Source: Azolla caroliniana (lineage: Eukaryota > Plantae > Polypodiophyta). From it: DNA of 64,000 bases. A program made the translations under genes and the position numbers. Where the stretch lies: positions 15,376,001 through 15,440,000 of the forward strand of contig JBHGNT010000011.1 of the NCBI GenBank assembly GCA_043228905.1, in the 5' to 3' direction. This document shows, one piece after another, positions 1 to 14,700 of the stretch. Position 1 is the first letter of the stretch, and the number at the start of each line of letters is the position of its first letter. Under the pieces are notes generated by a model. That model worked only from the letters and a program-made list of their open reading frames with translations, did not search any database and was not told the DNA's origin.

Positions 1-828
1 AGGTTGTCGTCTTCCGACTTCATCCTCCCTTGCCGCCTTTCACGTCGGGTTCACCAAAGATGTCGTGTTACTACGCGCGTGCGTGGAGAAAGGCGGGACC
101 ACGGGGGTCTTGGACTAGGGAGTGACGGTGCGTAGGAAGTCGTGGCTTCACCGTTTCCGGGGCATCCTAGAAGAACACCGGAAGCAACCGAAGGGAGAGA
201 GAGAAAGAGAAGGAGCGCGCACTTGACGTCGACTCATGCGCACACACACACACACACACAGGCCGACCCGACTCACGCCCTTATGTACAGGAAACGCAGG
301 AAAAGGGGAAGTGCCCGACACCAACAGAGACACCAATATACACAGACAGACGCAAATGTATATATATAAAAGGAGGAATACACTCGCGGCTTCGAGCCGG
401 ACCAAGGTAGGTTACAGTAGTCGTCGGCTGCCAAGCCGCAGGTCGGGAGCTCACGGGCTTGTCGCGCCGAGCGGGGTCTTGCGCAGGAGACGAGCTGAAG
501 CCAACCCTAAGCGAACACGAAGGGGGAGAAGAAGAAGAAGAAGAATAACTAACCCTAAATCTAACGGTATACCCTCTAACGAAAAATGGGCAACCCTTTC
601 ACAAAGGGCGCTCCCTTCCTTTTATAGAACAAGGAGAGGGATGCGTTACAATGTGGGATAAATCCCAACTTACATGGGATCGTCTGTCCCGACTTGACTA
701 CTCTTCGGCGCATAAAGGCGCCCTCGTTATTCACACTAAATGTACAAGGGTGAGCACACACATGCTGCACCCCGCCGATGTAGCCAATGTTTCCCGGTTT
801 CCGCCTCTGGCCGAAATTCTTCACGACA
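1..828 (-). mobile_element. Gypsy Z: 5' LTR (61-828) plus tRNA-Trp PBS; the body continues beyond the left edge of the window
   Basis: The LTR is bounded by TGTCGTG...CACGACA. Plus-strand TTCACGTCGGGTTCACCA at ~39-56 is the same PBS as in elements D and G. The U5 motif is shared with the D/E/G LTRs. The outer flank is ACGG (829-832). Confidence 0.85.
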
Positions 829-1166
829 ACGGGTTAAGCTTTAACCAGTTTGGGAGTTTCCGAACTTGAACAGAACTTGTTCCTAAACTAGTTAAGGCTA
901 ACTAGGTTTAAGGAATCGGTTTAGCCAAGCGATTAAGCTTTAACCGGTTTGATTTAGCTTGAGCTGTCTGAAACCTATCTCAAACCAATTAAGGAAACTC
1001 AAGTTTAAACCTGACTGCCAAACTGTTTAAAATGGTCTAATGGTTTAGTTCAAGATTGAGCCAAGCACTACCGATTATCAACACGAAGTGAACAACATTC
1101 AAAACCAACCTTAGGCCAAATTTTTGGTTACATTGCCTCCGTACATGCAAAACACATTTCTTAAAG

Positions 1167-1554
1167 TGTTGAGAATCAAGCTCAACTTAGTCTAGTGTGT
1201 GAACTCACCTTGAGAGTGAATAGACACTCCAACGGTCAAGAGTCACCATTATGTCACCTCTTTGTATTCTAGCATTTAGTATGAGTCATAGAATCATATT
1301 CTATGACACATAACTTATGAGCTTTCACATTCCCCATGCTCCATGAGTCTTGTAGTTACTGAAGAGAGAGGGTGACTATATAAAGCACCCTCCTCCCACC
1401 TTGTATTTAGTTGAGTCTTTCTCCTTTGTTAATACAATCTACCTTGCGTATTCTTTGTGTTATTCTTTGTCTCTCTCTCTCACTCTCTCTCTCTCATACA
1501 CACACATAACTCACATCTCTTCCGCTTCACAAGAATCATATCTGATTCTTTACA
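1167..1554 (+). repeat. Copia A 5' LTR (~388 bp)
   Basis: TGTTGAGAATC...TTCTTTACA, with TATATAAA at ~1377. It matches 10865-11156 joined to 23780-23875, and both LTRs of H in inverted orientation. Confidence 0.95.
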
Positions 1555-1714
1555 TGGTATCAGAGCGAGGTTGTTAGCTCGATCTAGCCCATTCGCCTCA
1601 TCGTGATCGTGTGTTGTGCTCCACGCCGACGACTAAGAACCGGCTCAATACTATCGTAACTTCGCTACATAGCTCGCATTCGAAGAGAGAAGAAGAAGAA
1701 GAAGAATCGACATA

Positions 1715-2438
1715 ATGAATACTCAAATGGGGAGCGCTCTCCCTACCAAGAAGTTGGATCAAAACAACTTCGTATCATGGGAGTACAAGATGCACCAATA
1801 CCTTGTCGGACAAGGCTATTGGAGCTACATCAAAGGAGCGCATGAAGACCGACCCGCTGAAGCGGCTCCCGGATACGCGACATGGGAGCAAGCCGCGTGA
1901 TGTATTGCTTGGCGACATGTGTTCACGATCACATGCTTGGCTACATCCGCGAAGCCAAGACGCCGAAGGAGGCATGGGAAAATCTACGAAAGATTTTCGC
2001 GGCGAACACAACCGCAAGAAGGCTTCAACTCCGCCAAGAGTTGAACCACATTCAACAAAGGGACATGTCCATTACCACATACACCTCGAAGATCAAGGAG
2101 CTTTGCGATTCGCTCGGCTCAATAAGCGTAAATATCGATGATGATGAGATGGTTCAAATATGCCTCTGCGGCCTCGCACCATAGTTCGGTGCGATGCGAA
2201 CCGCCGTTCTAGCACGGGAGAAATCTCTCTCCTTCTTCGAGCTCCAATCAATGTTATTGGTTGAAGAAAACCACGTGCGTACAAGGAGCAATGAGTCGGA
2301 AGGCCGCATGCTCTACAAGCACTCGAACGGAGGAAGAGGACACAGACAGTCGAGAGGCCGATTCGGCTAAGGACAAGGCGGACGAGGTCCGACCTATGAT
2401 AACAATTCCCAATTTCGGCCGCAAAACGGAAGCCAACG
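1715..2438 (+). pseudogene. Copia A gag, N-terminal part (frameshift and stop), interrupted by Copia B
   Basis: Translation KLDQNNFVSWEYKMHQYLVGQGYW...AKTPKEAWENLRKIF...LRQEL is typical Copia gag (UBN2-type). There is a stop at 2182-2184. Confidence 0.85.
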
Positions 2439-5400
2439 TGTCGAATACAAATTTATAATGGACATATTCACACTATTCTCTTAGAGAGCCCAAGTTCGGG
2501 CTATTTCTGTAAATAACATAAAGGGCAGTTGCCCTATGTGAGTCACTATATAAAGTGACTTTGTAACCTTTTGTAAAGTTGTTGTTCATTGTTGTAACGG
2601 TTGCCCTTTTATGAATATAGATATATGCTTTGTGCCTCTCTCTCTCTCTCTCTCCATATACGTATTTTGTTCTTGCCTCTCTCATACTCAGGTATTTTCT
2701 TCCTCACAGATTCATATTGTGTGATCTCTTCCGCACTGACGGCTTTGTTCATTCCCTACATTTGGTATCAGAGCTTGGATGTCCTTCATCCCGTTGCCGG
2801 CTGCCATTCGAATCTTTGGATCACAACATTTTGTTTCTTTTTGCTTTGTATTTGAAGAAACAGAGAAGAGAGAAGAAGAAGAAAAACGAGGCTTGCATCT
2901 CATCGCGTTAGATCATCTTCGCTTGGAGTAAGCCAACCGGCTGTACTCTGTTCCTTATGATCGTAACCGCTTGAGGTGAAATCCCCCTGTGCAACATTGA
3001 CACAATCGTGCTCCACTCCGTTAAACGGCATCCGAACAGGTCATCGAACGCTGCTCGCCGCCCGTTGTAACCACTCGGTGCAGATCGGTCTCAAGACAAC
3101 AACCCCAATTCGTGCTTCATCCGGCTGATTGACATTCGGGAGGATCAATTGGATCCGTCTCTCTCGTCGCTGCAGTCACCTGAAGCAGAATCGGTCCAGA
3201 CAATCGGTTTCAATAATCAGTATTTGGCATATATATTCGGAAGTGAACCGGGCTCACTCCGACTCGGCAACATTCGGGAAGACCAGTCGGTTCTGTCCCT
3301 CAAGTTACCGGAGTCAATTCGAGCAAGTTCAACAATACATATATCCGAAGCCGAACCGACTCGGGTTCAAATCCGACTAGAACGATATCGGGTGAGCCGA
3401 CCGGCTACACTCCAACAAGGTTCGTAGTCAACTCCGAACCGAGCTTCGTCAACCGAAACTAAATCTGATGGCATCAACATCGGGCTCATTGGAAATGAGT
3501 CTAAGGAGGTTCGAGAGTTCGAACTTCAATTTTTGGAAGGAGCAAATGCAGGACTATCTTATAGTCAAGGGTCAGATCGATTCGATTGAGAATGAAACTG
3601 CTCCAGAAATATACAAGGCAAAAGAGTGGCAGAAGCTGGACAGAATCGTTTGCGCCACGATTCGGATGCACCTGTCGGAGTCAGTGTACTTCACAGTGCT
3701 ATCGTGCACGATAGCCTTCGAACTTTGGAAGAAGCTGTCGGAAACCTACGAAAAGGTCGCCTCAACGAAGATGTATTTGATCCGGCGCCTCTACAACTTG
3801 CGGATGAAAGACTCCGATTCGGTTCAGGCACACCTTAACAAGTATGAAAGTTTGAGCTCCCAAATCTCGTCACAGGGGACGACAATCGAGGATAAACTCA
3901 GAGCTATGATACTCATGAGCAATCTCCCCTCCTCTTGGGAAACCTTCGTTACAACTGTGTGCAACGCTTCTACGACTGCCATCAAGTACTCCGAAGTCAC
4001 AAGTGCAATCCTGACTGAAGCAGCTCGGAGAAAGTCTTTCACCAAAGACTCGACAGAAGAAGCCTATTTAGTACAAGGTTCGACCGACCGATCGAACAAC
4101 CGGGGAAGAAGTTCTTCCCGACCGCCGACAAATCAACGAAGCCGCAGCAAGTCCCGAGAAACCCGAATCTGCAACTACTGCAAGAAACCAGGACACATCA
4201 AGGCCGACTGTCGGGTACTCAAGTCAAAGACAGACAAAGCTCAGAGAGCTGATCAGAGGAGTAACCGGCATGAGGTAGTCAACTACGTCGGCTCTTCAGC
4301 CGAGATATTGACGACCGACCCGAACATATTGTCCATAGAGAATCCAGTCGAATAAGAAGTTCTGCTTACGACTGAGGAATCGAGCACATGGCTTCTGGAC
4401 TCGGGTGCGTCGTATCACGTGACACCTCACCGATTACAGTTTCGGCAATATTCGGACCGGCACTCTGACTCAGTTCAAGTCGGAAATTCGCAGCACTGTG
4501 CTATCATCGGAATCGGCACCGTAGAGCTCAACCTTCCGGGTGGCTCTACACTCGTACTACACAACGTCCGACACGTTCCTGAGCTCTCACGACCCTTGAT
4601 CTCAATCGGACAACTTGATGAAGCTGGCATCCGTGCTGGTTTCTCATCAGGAGGGTGGACACTCCATAGAGGGAACCTCCTGCTTGCTAGAGGACCAAAG
4701 GTACACTCATTGTACCCTTTGTATGTCACACTCAGAGAGGGTGACTTATTTCTGGTAGATATCCCTGTGTCATCCTTATGGCATGGACGACTTGGACACC
4801 TCAGCAAGGCCGGCATCACGCACCTATCTAGAGCCGAATACATCCCGAAACTCTCCTTCTCGGACCATCAGTTTTGCGAGCATTGCCAATACGGCAAACA
4901 GGTAGCCGCATCACACCCGACATCAACACCAAGAGAGTCGAGCCTGCTCGATTTGGTCCACTCGGACGTCTGTGGCCCGATGCCACATCAGTCACTCGGT
5001 GGTGCCTCGTACTTCGTTAGTTTCATTGACGACTCGACTCGGAAGGTGTGGGCTTACCCCATCAGAACCAAAGATCGGGTGTTCTCAATCTTCTCAAATT
5101 GGCTCGCAATGGTCGAAAACCAGACCGGTCGGAAACTAAAGTGTCTCCGAACCGACAATGGAGGTGAGTTCAAATATGATGAATTCGTCAAATCTTGCCG
5201 AGAACGCGGCATTAGACGTGAATATACGGCACCATATAGTCCGGAGCAGAACGCATGAATCGAACGATTCAAGAACGCGTTGTATGCATGCTCCAACACT
5301 CCGGACTGTCGGATGGCTTCTGGGCAGAGGCTCTACTCACGGCAGTACACATAATCAATATGTCGCCAAGTAGACCTCTAGGACTTAAGATACCTTAGGA

Positions 5401-7998
5401 AATATGGACCAACAGAAAGCCGAATTATGATAAGCTGAGGATTTTCAGTTGCAAGGCATACGCCCTCATACCGAAAGACGACCGCCGAAAACTTGAACCA
5501 AGATCAAGGAAATGCGTTTTCCTCGGGTATGGACCCGACGGCGAGATCGGATACCGACTCTAGGACCCCGAGCACAGGAAAATCGTCCGAAGTTCGGACG
5601 TCGTGTTCAACGAGTCAACTATGCACAAAATGGCCGAAAGGCCTATTGAAGTCCGAAGGGTAATATTTTCCGAAGTGCCAACCCTTCATGACGGCCCAAC
5701 ACACAACATGAGACCGGTTTCACGGGTAACCGACGTCTCTCACACCGAATCCACAGATTCAGCACAGCCGAATGGCTCGGCTTCCGACCATCCGACATCG
5801 CCACCCGGTGCGACCAGTCCAGTCATACCTCGAAGATCCGAGAGACTGTCGCAACCTCCGGAGAGGTACTCTCCCGGAATTTTCTTCACCGACGCCGGCG
5901 AACCGACGTCCTACGAAGAAGCATCGGCAGCTCCCGATTCAGCCACCTGGCATCTGGTAATGGAGTCGGAAATGCACTCCATCCGCGCCAACAAGACTTG
6001 GGATCTGGTCGACTTACCGAAGAATCGACGTGCTCTTCCTTGCAAGTGGGTCTATAGACTAAAGGAGACGTCCGACTCGACCACCCCAAAGTACAAGGCC
6101 AGATTAGTTGCGAAGGGATTTCAACAGGAATATGGCGTCGAGTTCGACGAAATCTTTTCACCAGTGGTGAAAATGACAACCCTTCGTTTCATGCTCGGTG
6201 TTGTGGTTGCCGACAATTTGGAGCTGATTCAACTAGATGTGAAAACGACATTCCTCCACGGTGATCTAAAGGAGGAAATCTACATGGAGCAACCGAAAGG
6301 CTTTGTGGCCACCGGTCAGGAACATCTAGTCTGCCGACTCAAGAAGAGTCTTTACGGCCTGAAACAGGCACCCCGATAGTGGTACAAGAAGTTCGACGAT
6401 TTCATCCAGCTGGTCGGCTTCTCCAAGAGCGATGAGGACCACTGCCTCTTCACCAAAACAGCTCAAGACGGTTCTCCCGTCTTCCTCATCATCTACGTGG
6501 ACGACATGCTACTCTCCGGTCGGCATACCGGAGAGCTCACCGAACTCGTTCGGAAACTGCGATTGAAGTTTGCCATGAAGGACCTCGGTCCGGCAAGACA
6601 CATACTCGGAATGAAGATTAGTCGGAATTGCGCCAAAAGATAGCTTTTTCTGTCTCAAACCGACTACATCGGACGTGTCTTGGAACGCTTCAACATGCAA
6701 TCGGCCAAGTCTGCTTCGCCCTCGCTCCCCGTTCATCTTCAGCTTTCTCAGCGAGACTGCTCGACATCCGGTCCGGAGAGGGAAGACATGAAGTCAGTAC
6801 TGTATGCACCAGCAGTAGGCTCTCTGATGTACGTGATGGTCACGACACGGCCTGATATTTCTCACGTCGTAGGAGTCATCAGCAGATTTATGCACAATCC
6901 CGGCCGATCGCACTTGAACGCAGTCAAGCATGTGTTCAGATATTTAGCTGGCACAAAAGACCATGACATCCTTTTCGGTCCGAACTCAACTTCAGGCGTA
7001 GCCGGTTACACCGACTCGGACTTCGCCGGCTGTGTGGACAGTCGCAAGTCAACAACCGGATATTGCTTTAAATTCGGCAATGGAGCAATCTCGTGGAAGT
7101 CGAAACTTCAGGAGTGCACAACCACCTCAACGACCGAAGTAGAATATGTAGCTGCCTCCGACGCAACGAAAGAAGCTTTATGGCTCGATTGGCTGGCGCA
7201 CACGTTTCGACAAGTCGACTCCGACTCGGCTCCAGTTGTCTACAACGACAGTCAGAGTGTTGTTGCTTTATCGAAAAATCCGTTTCATCACAACACCTCC
7301 AAGCATATCGAAGTTCAATATCACTTCGTTCGGGACTGCGTCATTTCCGGGAAAATCGGTTTAGAGAAGATATCCACAACCGACAATGTCGCAGATGGAA
7401 TGACCAAGTGTCTTTCGGCAGACCGGTTCCGGTCTCTTCGGCAACAGATGGGCATAACAACATATCGGTCTGATTGAAGCCGGACATAGTGCAAGATGGT
7501 TTCGGACAACAGACATCGGTTCACTGACGATCGGCTTCAGCTTTTTCGACCCGACTAGTTCGGTCTTCTGTCTACGGATCAGGCCGATTCGAACAAAACC
7601 GACCTGTTCGAGAACCTATGCCTATACCTGTATTTTTTAGATAACCCATGTATACGCCCATTACGGGGGAGTGTCGAATACAAATTTATAATGGACGTAT
7701 TCACACTATTCTCTTAGAGAGCCCAAGTTCGGGCTATTTCTGTAAATAACATAAAGGGCAGTTGCCCTATGTGAGTCACTATATAAAGTGACTTTGTAAC
7801 CTTTTGTAAAGTTGTTGTTCGTTGTTGTAACGGTTGCCCTTTTATGAATATAGATATATGCTTTTTGCCTCTCTCTCTCTCTCTCTCTCTCTCCATGTAC
7901 GTATTTTGTTCTTGCCTCTCTCATACTCAGGTATTTTCTTCCTCACAGATTCATACTGTGGATCTCTTCCGCATTGACGGCTTTGTTCATTCCATACA
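2439..7998 (+). mobile_element. Copia B, full-length but decayed, inserted in the gag of A
   Basis: LTRs 2439-2760 and 7672-7998 (TGTCGAATAC...TACA). TSD CAACG at 2434-2438 and 7999-8003. PBS-Met TGGTATCAGAGC at 2763. PPT ACGGGGGAG precedes 7672. Confidence 0.95.
3468..7477 (+). pseudogene. Copia B gag-pol (gag, PR, IN, RT, RNase H) with several stops and a small deletion/frameshift
   Basis: Motifs in Copia order: zinc knuckle CNYCKKPGHIKADC; protease WLLDSGAS; integrase WHGRLGH...CEHC...HSDVCGP...RTDNGGEF; RT LDVKTTFLHGDL and YVDD; RNase H GYTDSDFAG. Stops at 4353, 5561, 6377 and elsewhere. Confidence 0.92.
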
Positions 7999-8003
7999 CA
8001 ACG

Positions 8004-10635
8004 AAGAACCTTCGCAAGAAGGGGGAGCTTCCACTCCGGCCCGAGCCGTCAAAACGCAACCGAATGCGGATATTGCGGAAAGCTCGGCCACCACGAAGAA
8101 GAGTGCCGAAAGAAGATGCGTGAATCGGCTTCCACAAGCCGACAACTCACGAATTACTCCGACTACGAAATGTATAGCGGAATGTACGGGAACAACTCCG
8201 ACTACGAAGATCGTGGCGGAATGTATGCACGCAACTCCGACCGTGGTGGAATGTTCATAATGAAACATAGAGCAAACTCTATGTCGGCCTCTACCTCAAC
8301 TAATGCCCTAAACCATATGACATCTCATAAAGAATGGTTTCTCGAACTTCGAGAGCCGGAGCGACCCAGTTATGTCGAAACCGGAGATGACACTACGCAC
8401 CCGATTCGACACATCGGCAATGTTCCGTTCGGAAAAGAAGGTAAGCAAAATTACATTAAAAATGTCTTGAGTGATAACGTACGTGCACATCCTCGACGAG
8501 AAGCGTCAAAAGCTTCACCCGAAGTCGAAGAAATGTATGCTCGTAGGATACTCACTCGAACAAAAGGGGTACAAGTGCTACAACCCCTCAACTTGAAAAT
8601 CTCAAGTAAGTCGAGACGTCTTTTTTGACGAGTCCATATCCTGGTACGCACCAGAGACAACTTCGCCTCCAACTCCACTCGACCCGGAATTTGCCGAACA
8701 AGAGATCGAGGATGAAGATCGCCCTATGCGCAAGATCGAAGAAAGTCCGATCACGACCCGACTAAGCGGACCACAAGGGCCTTTAAGCGATCAAAGCACA
8801 TCACGGCCTAGCCCGAAGATGGACAGAGGCAAAGCGAAAATGGCGGAATATGAAGACGATCGCTTCGACAACGATGAATCGACTCACTCACTCGACAGTG
8901 AGTTCGGCAGCTTCGATGTACCTATCGGACCTAAGAAAGCCGTCATCTTTGCAAATGAAAAGCTCCGCCGATCCACTTGTGAAAAGAACCTCGTAAGCTG
9001 ATTCGGCTACAACGATTATATGGCGTACCATTACGCCTTTATTATGAAGGTAGCAACAGTACGGGAGCCGGAAACATTCTCCGAAGCAACCAAGGATCCG
9101 CGATGGATCGAAGCCATGAACGAGGAGATGCAGGCACTACGCAAGAATGAGACGTGGGATCTCGTTCTCATCTCACCACACAAAAAGGCGATCGGATGCA
9201 GATGGATCTACAAGGTGAAGTATAACGCCGATGGCTTCGTAAACCGCTACAAAGCTCGACTCGTAGCGAAAGGATACGCTCAGACGCATGGCGTCGACTA
9301 CGAAGAAACCTAGTCCCCGGTGGCAAAGATGACGACGGTGCGGACCGTAATTGCGCTAGCCGCGGCAAAAGGGTGGCACCTCCATCAAATGGACTTCAAG
9401 AACGCCTTTCTACAAGGCGAATTAGAAGAGGAGGTGTACATGATACAACCACCCGGCTTCAACTCAAGCACCCTTCCGAAAGTTGTATGCCGACTCAAGA
9501 AGCCCCCCTACGGCCTTAAGCAAGCACCGCGTGCTTGGCATTCGAAGATAACGCAATATCTTCATCAAATCGGCTTCCGTATGTCAAAATCGGACAACTC
9601 CCTCTACATACAAAGCAATTTCGCTAGTCCTATCGTCATCATCTTATATGTGGATGACCTAGTCATTGGAGGTGAGCATCTCGTCGAAATCAATAAGGTC
9701 AAATCCCTCCTTTCCGACAAGTTCGAGATGGCGGACATGGAGGAACTCCACTACTTCCTCGGCATCGAGGTAATTCGGACTCCGGCCGTCATCATGATTT
9801 CTTCTCAACGGCACTACATCCTCAACTTGTTATACAAGTTCGGTATGGCTGAGTGTAAATCCGTGGCAACCCCGCTCGATCGTAATCTCAAACTAGATGC
9901 GAACTCCGGCACCAAAGCGTGTGAGCTAACTCAGTATCGGCAACTCATCGCGAGTCTCATCTACTTCACGATCACTCGACCCGATCTCAGTTATCCGGTC
10001 GGTCTTCTTAGTCAATTCATGCAAACACCGCGTGATACTCACTTGGATTGCGCTAAGCGAGTTCTACGGTACATTAGTGGCACAATGGATTACGACATCC
10101 TCTACAAGACCGTGATGCCAATACGACTCGAGGGGTACACTGACGCCGATTGGGCCGGCTACAAAGCCGATAGAAGATCAGCCTCCGTATTTGTTTTCTC
10201 CCTCGGCATCGGAGCAATATACTGGAGTAGCAAGAACCAACCTACCGTCGCTCTTTCGAGTACGGAGGCGGAATACAGGGGCACAACCGTAGCTGCGTGT
10301 GAAGCCATATGGCTCAAGAGGATTTTGAAGGATCTGGGCGTACCCATCAAGGATCCGACTTCCCTTTATTGCGACAACATGAGCAATATCTATCTGGCTC
10401 GGAACCCGGTGTTCCACGCGGGGACAAGCACATCGAAGTGCACTATCACTTCATCCGAGAGCGCGTTCTAGTTGGCGATGTCGACCTACAACATATTAGC
10501 ACCAATCTTCAAACGGCCGACATCTTCACTAAAGCCTTAGGAGCTGACAAGCTATGGCATTTCATGACCGATCTCGGATTGATGATCCCTGATTTGCCAA
10601 GCTTGAGGGGGAGTACTGAAGACACTACGCAATAA
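8004..10635 (+). pseudogene. Copia A: remainder of gag, protease remnant, integrase C-terminal remnant, RT and RNase H
   Basis: CGYCGKLGHHEEEC knuckle at ~8085. RT motifs YKARLVAKGY, QMDFKNAFLQG and LYVDDL; RNase H GYTDADWAG. No DDE integrase core is found. TAG at 9311 and a frameshift near 10420. Confidence 0.88.
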
Positions 10636-11775
10636 TGTGTGGATTACGCAACCACGCAACGAAGCCGCGAAGAGCCGATCTACCACGCAAAGCCACGAAG
10701 AAAGACACAAGCCAAAGCACAAACTTCGCAACTATGCACAACGCAAGCTGGAGCACGGATTCCACAACTCCGCATAAATGCGAGTTGACGCGGACTCCGG
10801 AACGCGAGTCGAAGCGGATTTCGGATATCGTCTGAAACCGACTTGACTTGAGCTTGAGGGGGCATGTTGAGAATCAAGCTCAACTTGGTCTAGTGTGTGA
10901 ACTCACCTTGAGAGTGAATAGACACTCCAACGGTCAAGAGTCACCATTATGTCACCTCTTTGTATTCTAGCATTTAGTATGAGTCATAGAATCATATTCT
11001 ATGACACATAACTTATGAGCTTTCACATTCCCCATGCTCCATGAGTCTTGTAGTTAATGAAGAGAGAGGGTGACTATATAAAGCACCGTCCTCCCACCTT
11101 GTATTTAGTTGAATCTTTCTCCTTTGTTAATACAATCTACCTTGCGTATTCTCTGTTGATGAAAAAAAATCAATCGACACTTTCCAAACTTCACCTCTCG
11201 GCCACAACCAAGGAAACACACGAATCGTTGTTGCAGAAAATGGGAAATGCAGAAGTAAATAAGTGGACACACGATTTAACGTGGAAAACCCTGTACGGGA
11301 AAAACCACGGGAGTACAAGACTCCGAACCAAAACTATGCACAGAGAAGTATACAATGGCGAGCTGCAAAGCGACGACCTTGAGCTCGCTGTCCTCGCCAC
11401 AGGCGGCGGAAATACACAGAGGCGTCGACCTCTTCCTCTCTCACGCTCTATCTCTCTCATAGCTGCTCTCTCTTCACTCCTCTTGAGTGGAAAAACAGAA
11501 AAATGAGTAGCCCCATTAAAACTGTTTGCCCTAAGTCATATTTATACACATATGACTTTGGGGCTATTTACAACTATAGCCTCAAGGGCCCTTGGCAAAC
11601 ATATTCACAGATATGTCCCCGCATCCGGATCTCTCTCCGGGTACATTCGTCATCCGGCTCCGAAGCCGGGGTCTTCATCATCCGGTTCCGAAACCGCAAC
11701 CGGGCTTGTCGGCATTCATCTCTGACATCCGACCATCCCATCCGAAAGGGACCGTAATCCCAACAAACTCCCCCT

Positions 11776-14700
11776 TCACTTCGGCATGGGATGTCTCTCC
11801 AATCCGATCCTCTTCCGGCATGCTTCCAGCTTGTCGGGTGTGAGCACCTTGGTCAGCATATCCGACCCGTTCTCGACCGTATGGACCTTTGTCAGCGCGA
11901 ACTCCTTGTCTTCTATCCTTTCCCGGATCCAGTGATATCTTCGCTGGATGTGCTTCGTCCGGGAGTGATAGGCCGCGTTCTTCGCAAGGTGGATGGCACT
12001 CTGACTGTCGCAGTAGAGTCGGTACTCCTCCTGCTGGATACCGAGCTCTCTAATGAAGTCCTTCATCCATATTATTTCCTTGCCGGCTTCAACAGCCGCC
12101 ATGTAATCCGCCTCCGTGGTTGACAACGCAACCGTCTTCTGCAGCCTCGACTGCCATGAAACAGCTCCCCCTGCATACGTCATCACATACCCTGATGTGG
12201 ACCGGCTGGTATCTGCATCAGCCGACATATCCGAATCGGTAAAGCCGTCGAGTTCGGGCTTACCGGAGCCGAATCGGAGGCACACGTTTGCCGTGCCCTT
12301 CAGGTATCGGAGTATCCACTTGGCCGCGTTCCAATGCTCTTTGCCAGGATTGCTCATGTACCGGCTCACCACTCCGACTGCGTATCCAATGTCCGGTCTT
12401 GTACACACCATTGCGTACATCAAGCTTCCGACGGCAGAGGCATATGGCACTTTCATCATGTCCTCCTTCTCAGCCTTTGTCTTGGGGCTTTGCTTGCTGG
12501 ACAACTTGCAGTTTGCCGGGAGGGTCGATCCGACCGGTCTTGCTTCCGACATGTTGAACCGTTTAAGCACCTTTGTCACGTACTTCTCTTGTGACAACCA
12601 CAACTGCTTCTTGCTCCGGTCCCGAATTATGTGCATCCCTAGTATTTGTCTCGCCGGACCCAAGTCCTTCATTGAGAAGGTTCGGTGAAGAGCCTTCTTC
12701 AGCATCCGTATCTTGACCTGGTCCCGTCCGACGATCAACATGTCGTCCACGTACAGGAGGAGTATTAGAGAGTCTCCTCCTTCGAACTTCTTCACAAACA
12801 CGCAGTGGTCGGACTGCGTTTTGAGGTACCCTTCGTCGGTCATGAAGGAGTCGAACTTCCGGTACCATTGCCGGGGAGCCTGCTTCAGTCCGTAAAGGCT
12901 CTTCTTCAACCGGCATACCAGGTGCTCCTTCCCTTTCTTCTCAAATCCTTCCGGTTGCTGCATGTAGATCTCTTCTTCGAGGTCACCGTGAAGGAATGTC
13001 GTCTTCACGTCCATCTGTTCTACCTCGAGGTCCATGCTTGCCGCTATGCTCAGCACCGTCCGGATGGAGGTCATCTTCACTACCGGGGCAAATATCTCGT
13101 CGAAGTCGACGCCCTTCTTCTGCTGAAACCCCTTCACCACGATCCTGGCTTTGTATCTCGGGGGGTTTCCGGCATCTCCCGGTTTCAGCTTGAACACCCA
13201 CTTGTTTCGAAGTGCCCGCTTTCCTTTCGGCAACTCCACAAGTTCATATGTGTGGTTCTCATGCAGGGAATCCATCTCGTCCTGCATGGCACTCAACCAC
13301 CTGCGGCTTTGGGTGTCATGCTTTGCTTCTTCAAAGCTCTCCGGCTCCCCCTCGTCGGTTAGCAGCACGTGCTCTGGTTCCGGAAATCTCCGGGGGGCCC
13401 TTCTCTCTCTTAGAGGATATCTCCGTTCCGGAGCTTCGGTAACCGGTTCTTCCGATTCTTCTTCATCCGAATCCATTTCGGGATCGGGGCCGGTTCCGGT
13501 ATCATTTTCATCTTCTTCGGCCGGTTCTGTTTCTTCACCGTCTTCGGCCGGATCCTCGAGTGCTAACCGGTCCCTTGCCGGTCGGGACTGCTCCTCGTAG
13601 AGTTGATCCTCACCGGTCGACTTGGAGCTCTTCATCTTCTTCTCCGACTCCCAGTCGGCGAGTGTCTTGTTCTCCATGAAGATGATATCACGACTCCGGA
13701 ATATCTTCTTGTCGACCGGGTCCCATACTCGGTAGCCGAACTCGTCATCGCCGTAACCGAGGAATATGCATGGCCGGGTCTTTGGATCTAGCTTTCCTCT
13801 CCGGTCCTTTGCCACATGCACGTATGCGAGACACCCGAACACCTTCAGATGCCGGTAGGATACTTCCCTACCGGTCCACACTCTCTGCGGCGTGTCTCCG
13901 TCCAAAGGTACTGAGGGTGATCTGTTTATCACGTATGTCGCCGTCGACATCGCCTCAGCCCAAAACCCCTTGGGTAATTCCGCATGCGCCAGCATACTCC
14001 GGACCCTCTCCATTATGGTCCGATTCATCCTCTCGGCCAGCCCGTTCAGTTCCGGTGTCTTCGGCACAGTAAACTCGAGCCGGATTCCCTTCGAGCGACA
14101 GTACTCCACGAACTGCCCCCGGTATTCCCCTCCGTTATCCGCTCGTATCGCTTTCAGCTTCTTGCCGGATTCCCTTTCCACTCTCGCGTGGAGTTCTTTG
14201 AAGACGCACAACACTTGGTCCTTTGTCTTCAACGGTGCCGTCCACAGCTTCCGGCTGTGATCATCAATGAATGTTATGAAGTACTGGGCTCCGCCATGTG
14301 ACTTCGTTTCTACCTGACACACATCAGTGTGCACCAACTCCAATGGTGCGCTACGTCTCGTCGGTGGCCTTGAGTGGAAGGAGGTTCGGTTCTGCTTACC
14401 GGCCAGGCAATCGGTGCACTTCTCCAGGTGCACATGCTTCACTGGAATAAGGTTGTCTTCTGCAAGCCTCTTCATCCCCTTCTCACTCATGTGGCACAGT
14501 CTCTTGTGCCACAGCTCACCGGCAGTGTCGGCTGCCACGTTCAACTCTTCCGGACACAACCAGGCATTCATAAGGTACAGTGTGTTGACTTTCCGGGCCC
14601 GAGCCACTATCAGGCTCCCCTTGCTGAACTTCATTACGCCGTTCCGGATGCTACCTGTGTAGCCTTCATCGTCTAGCCTCCCGGCCGAAATCAGGTTCAA

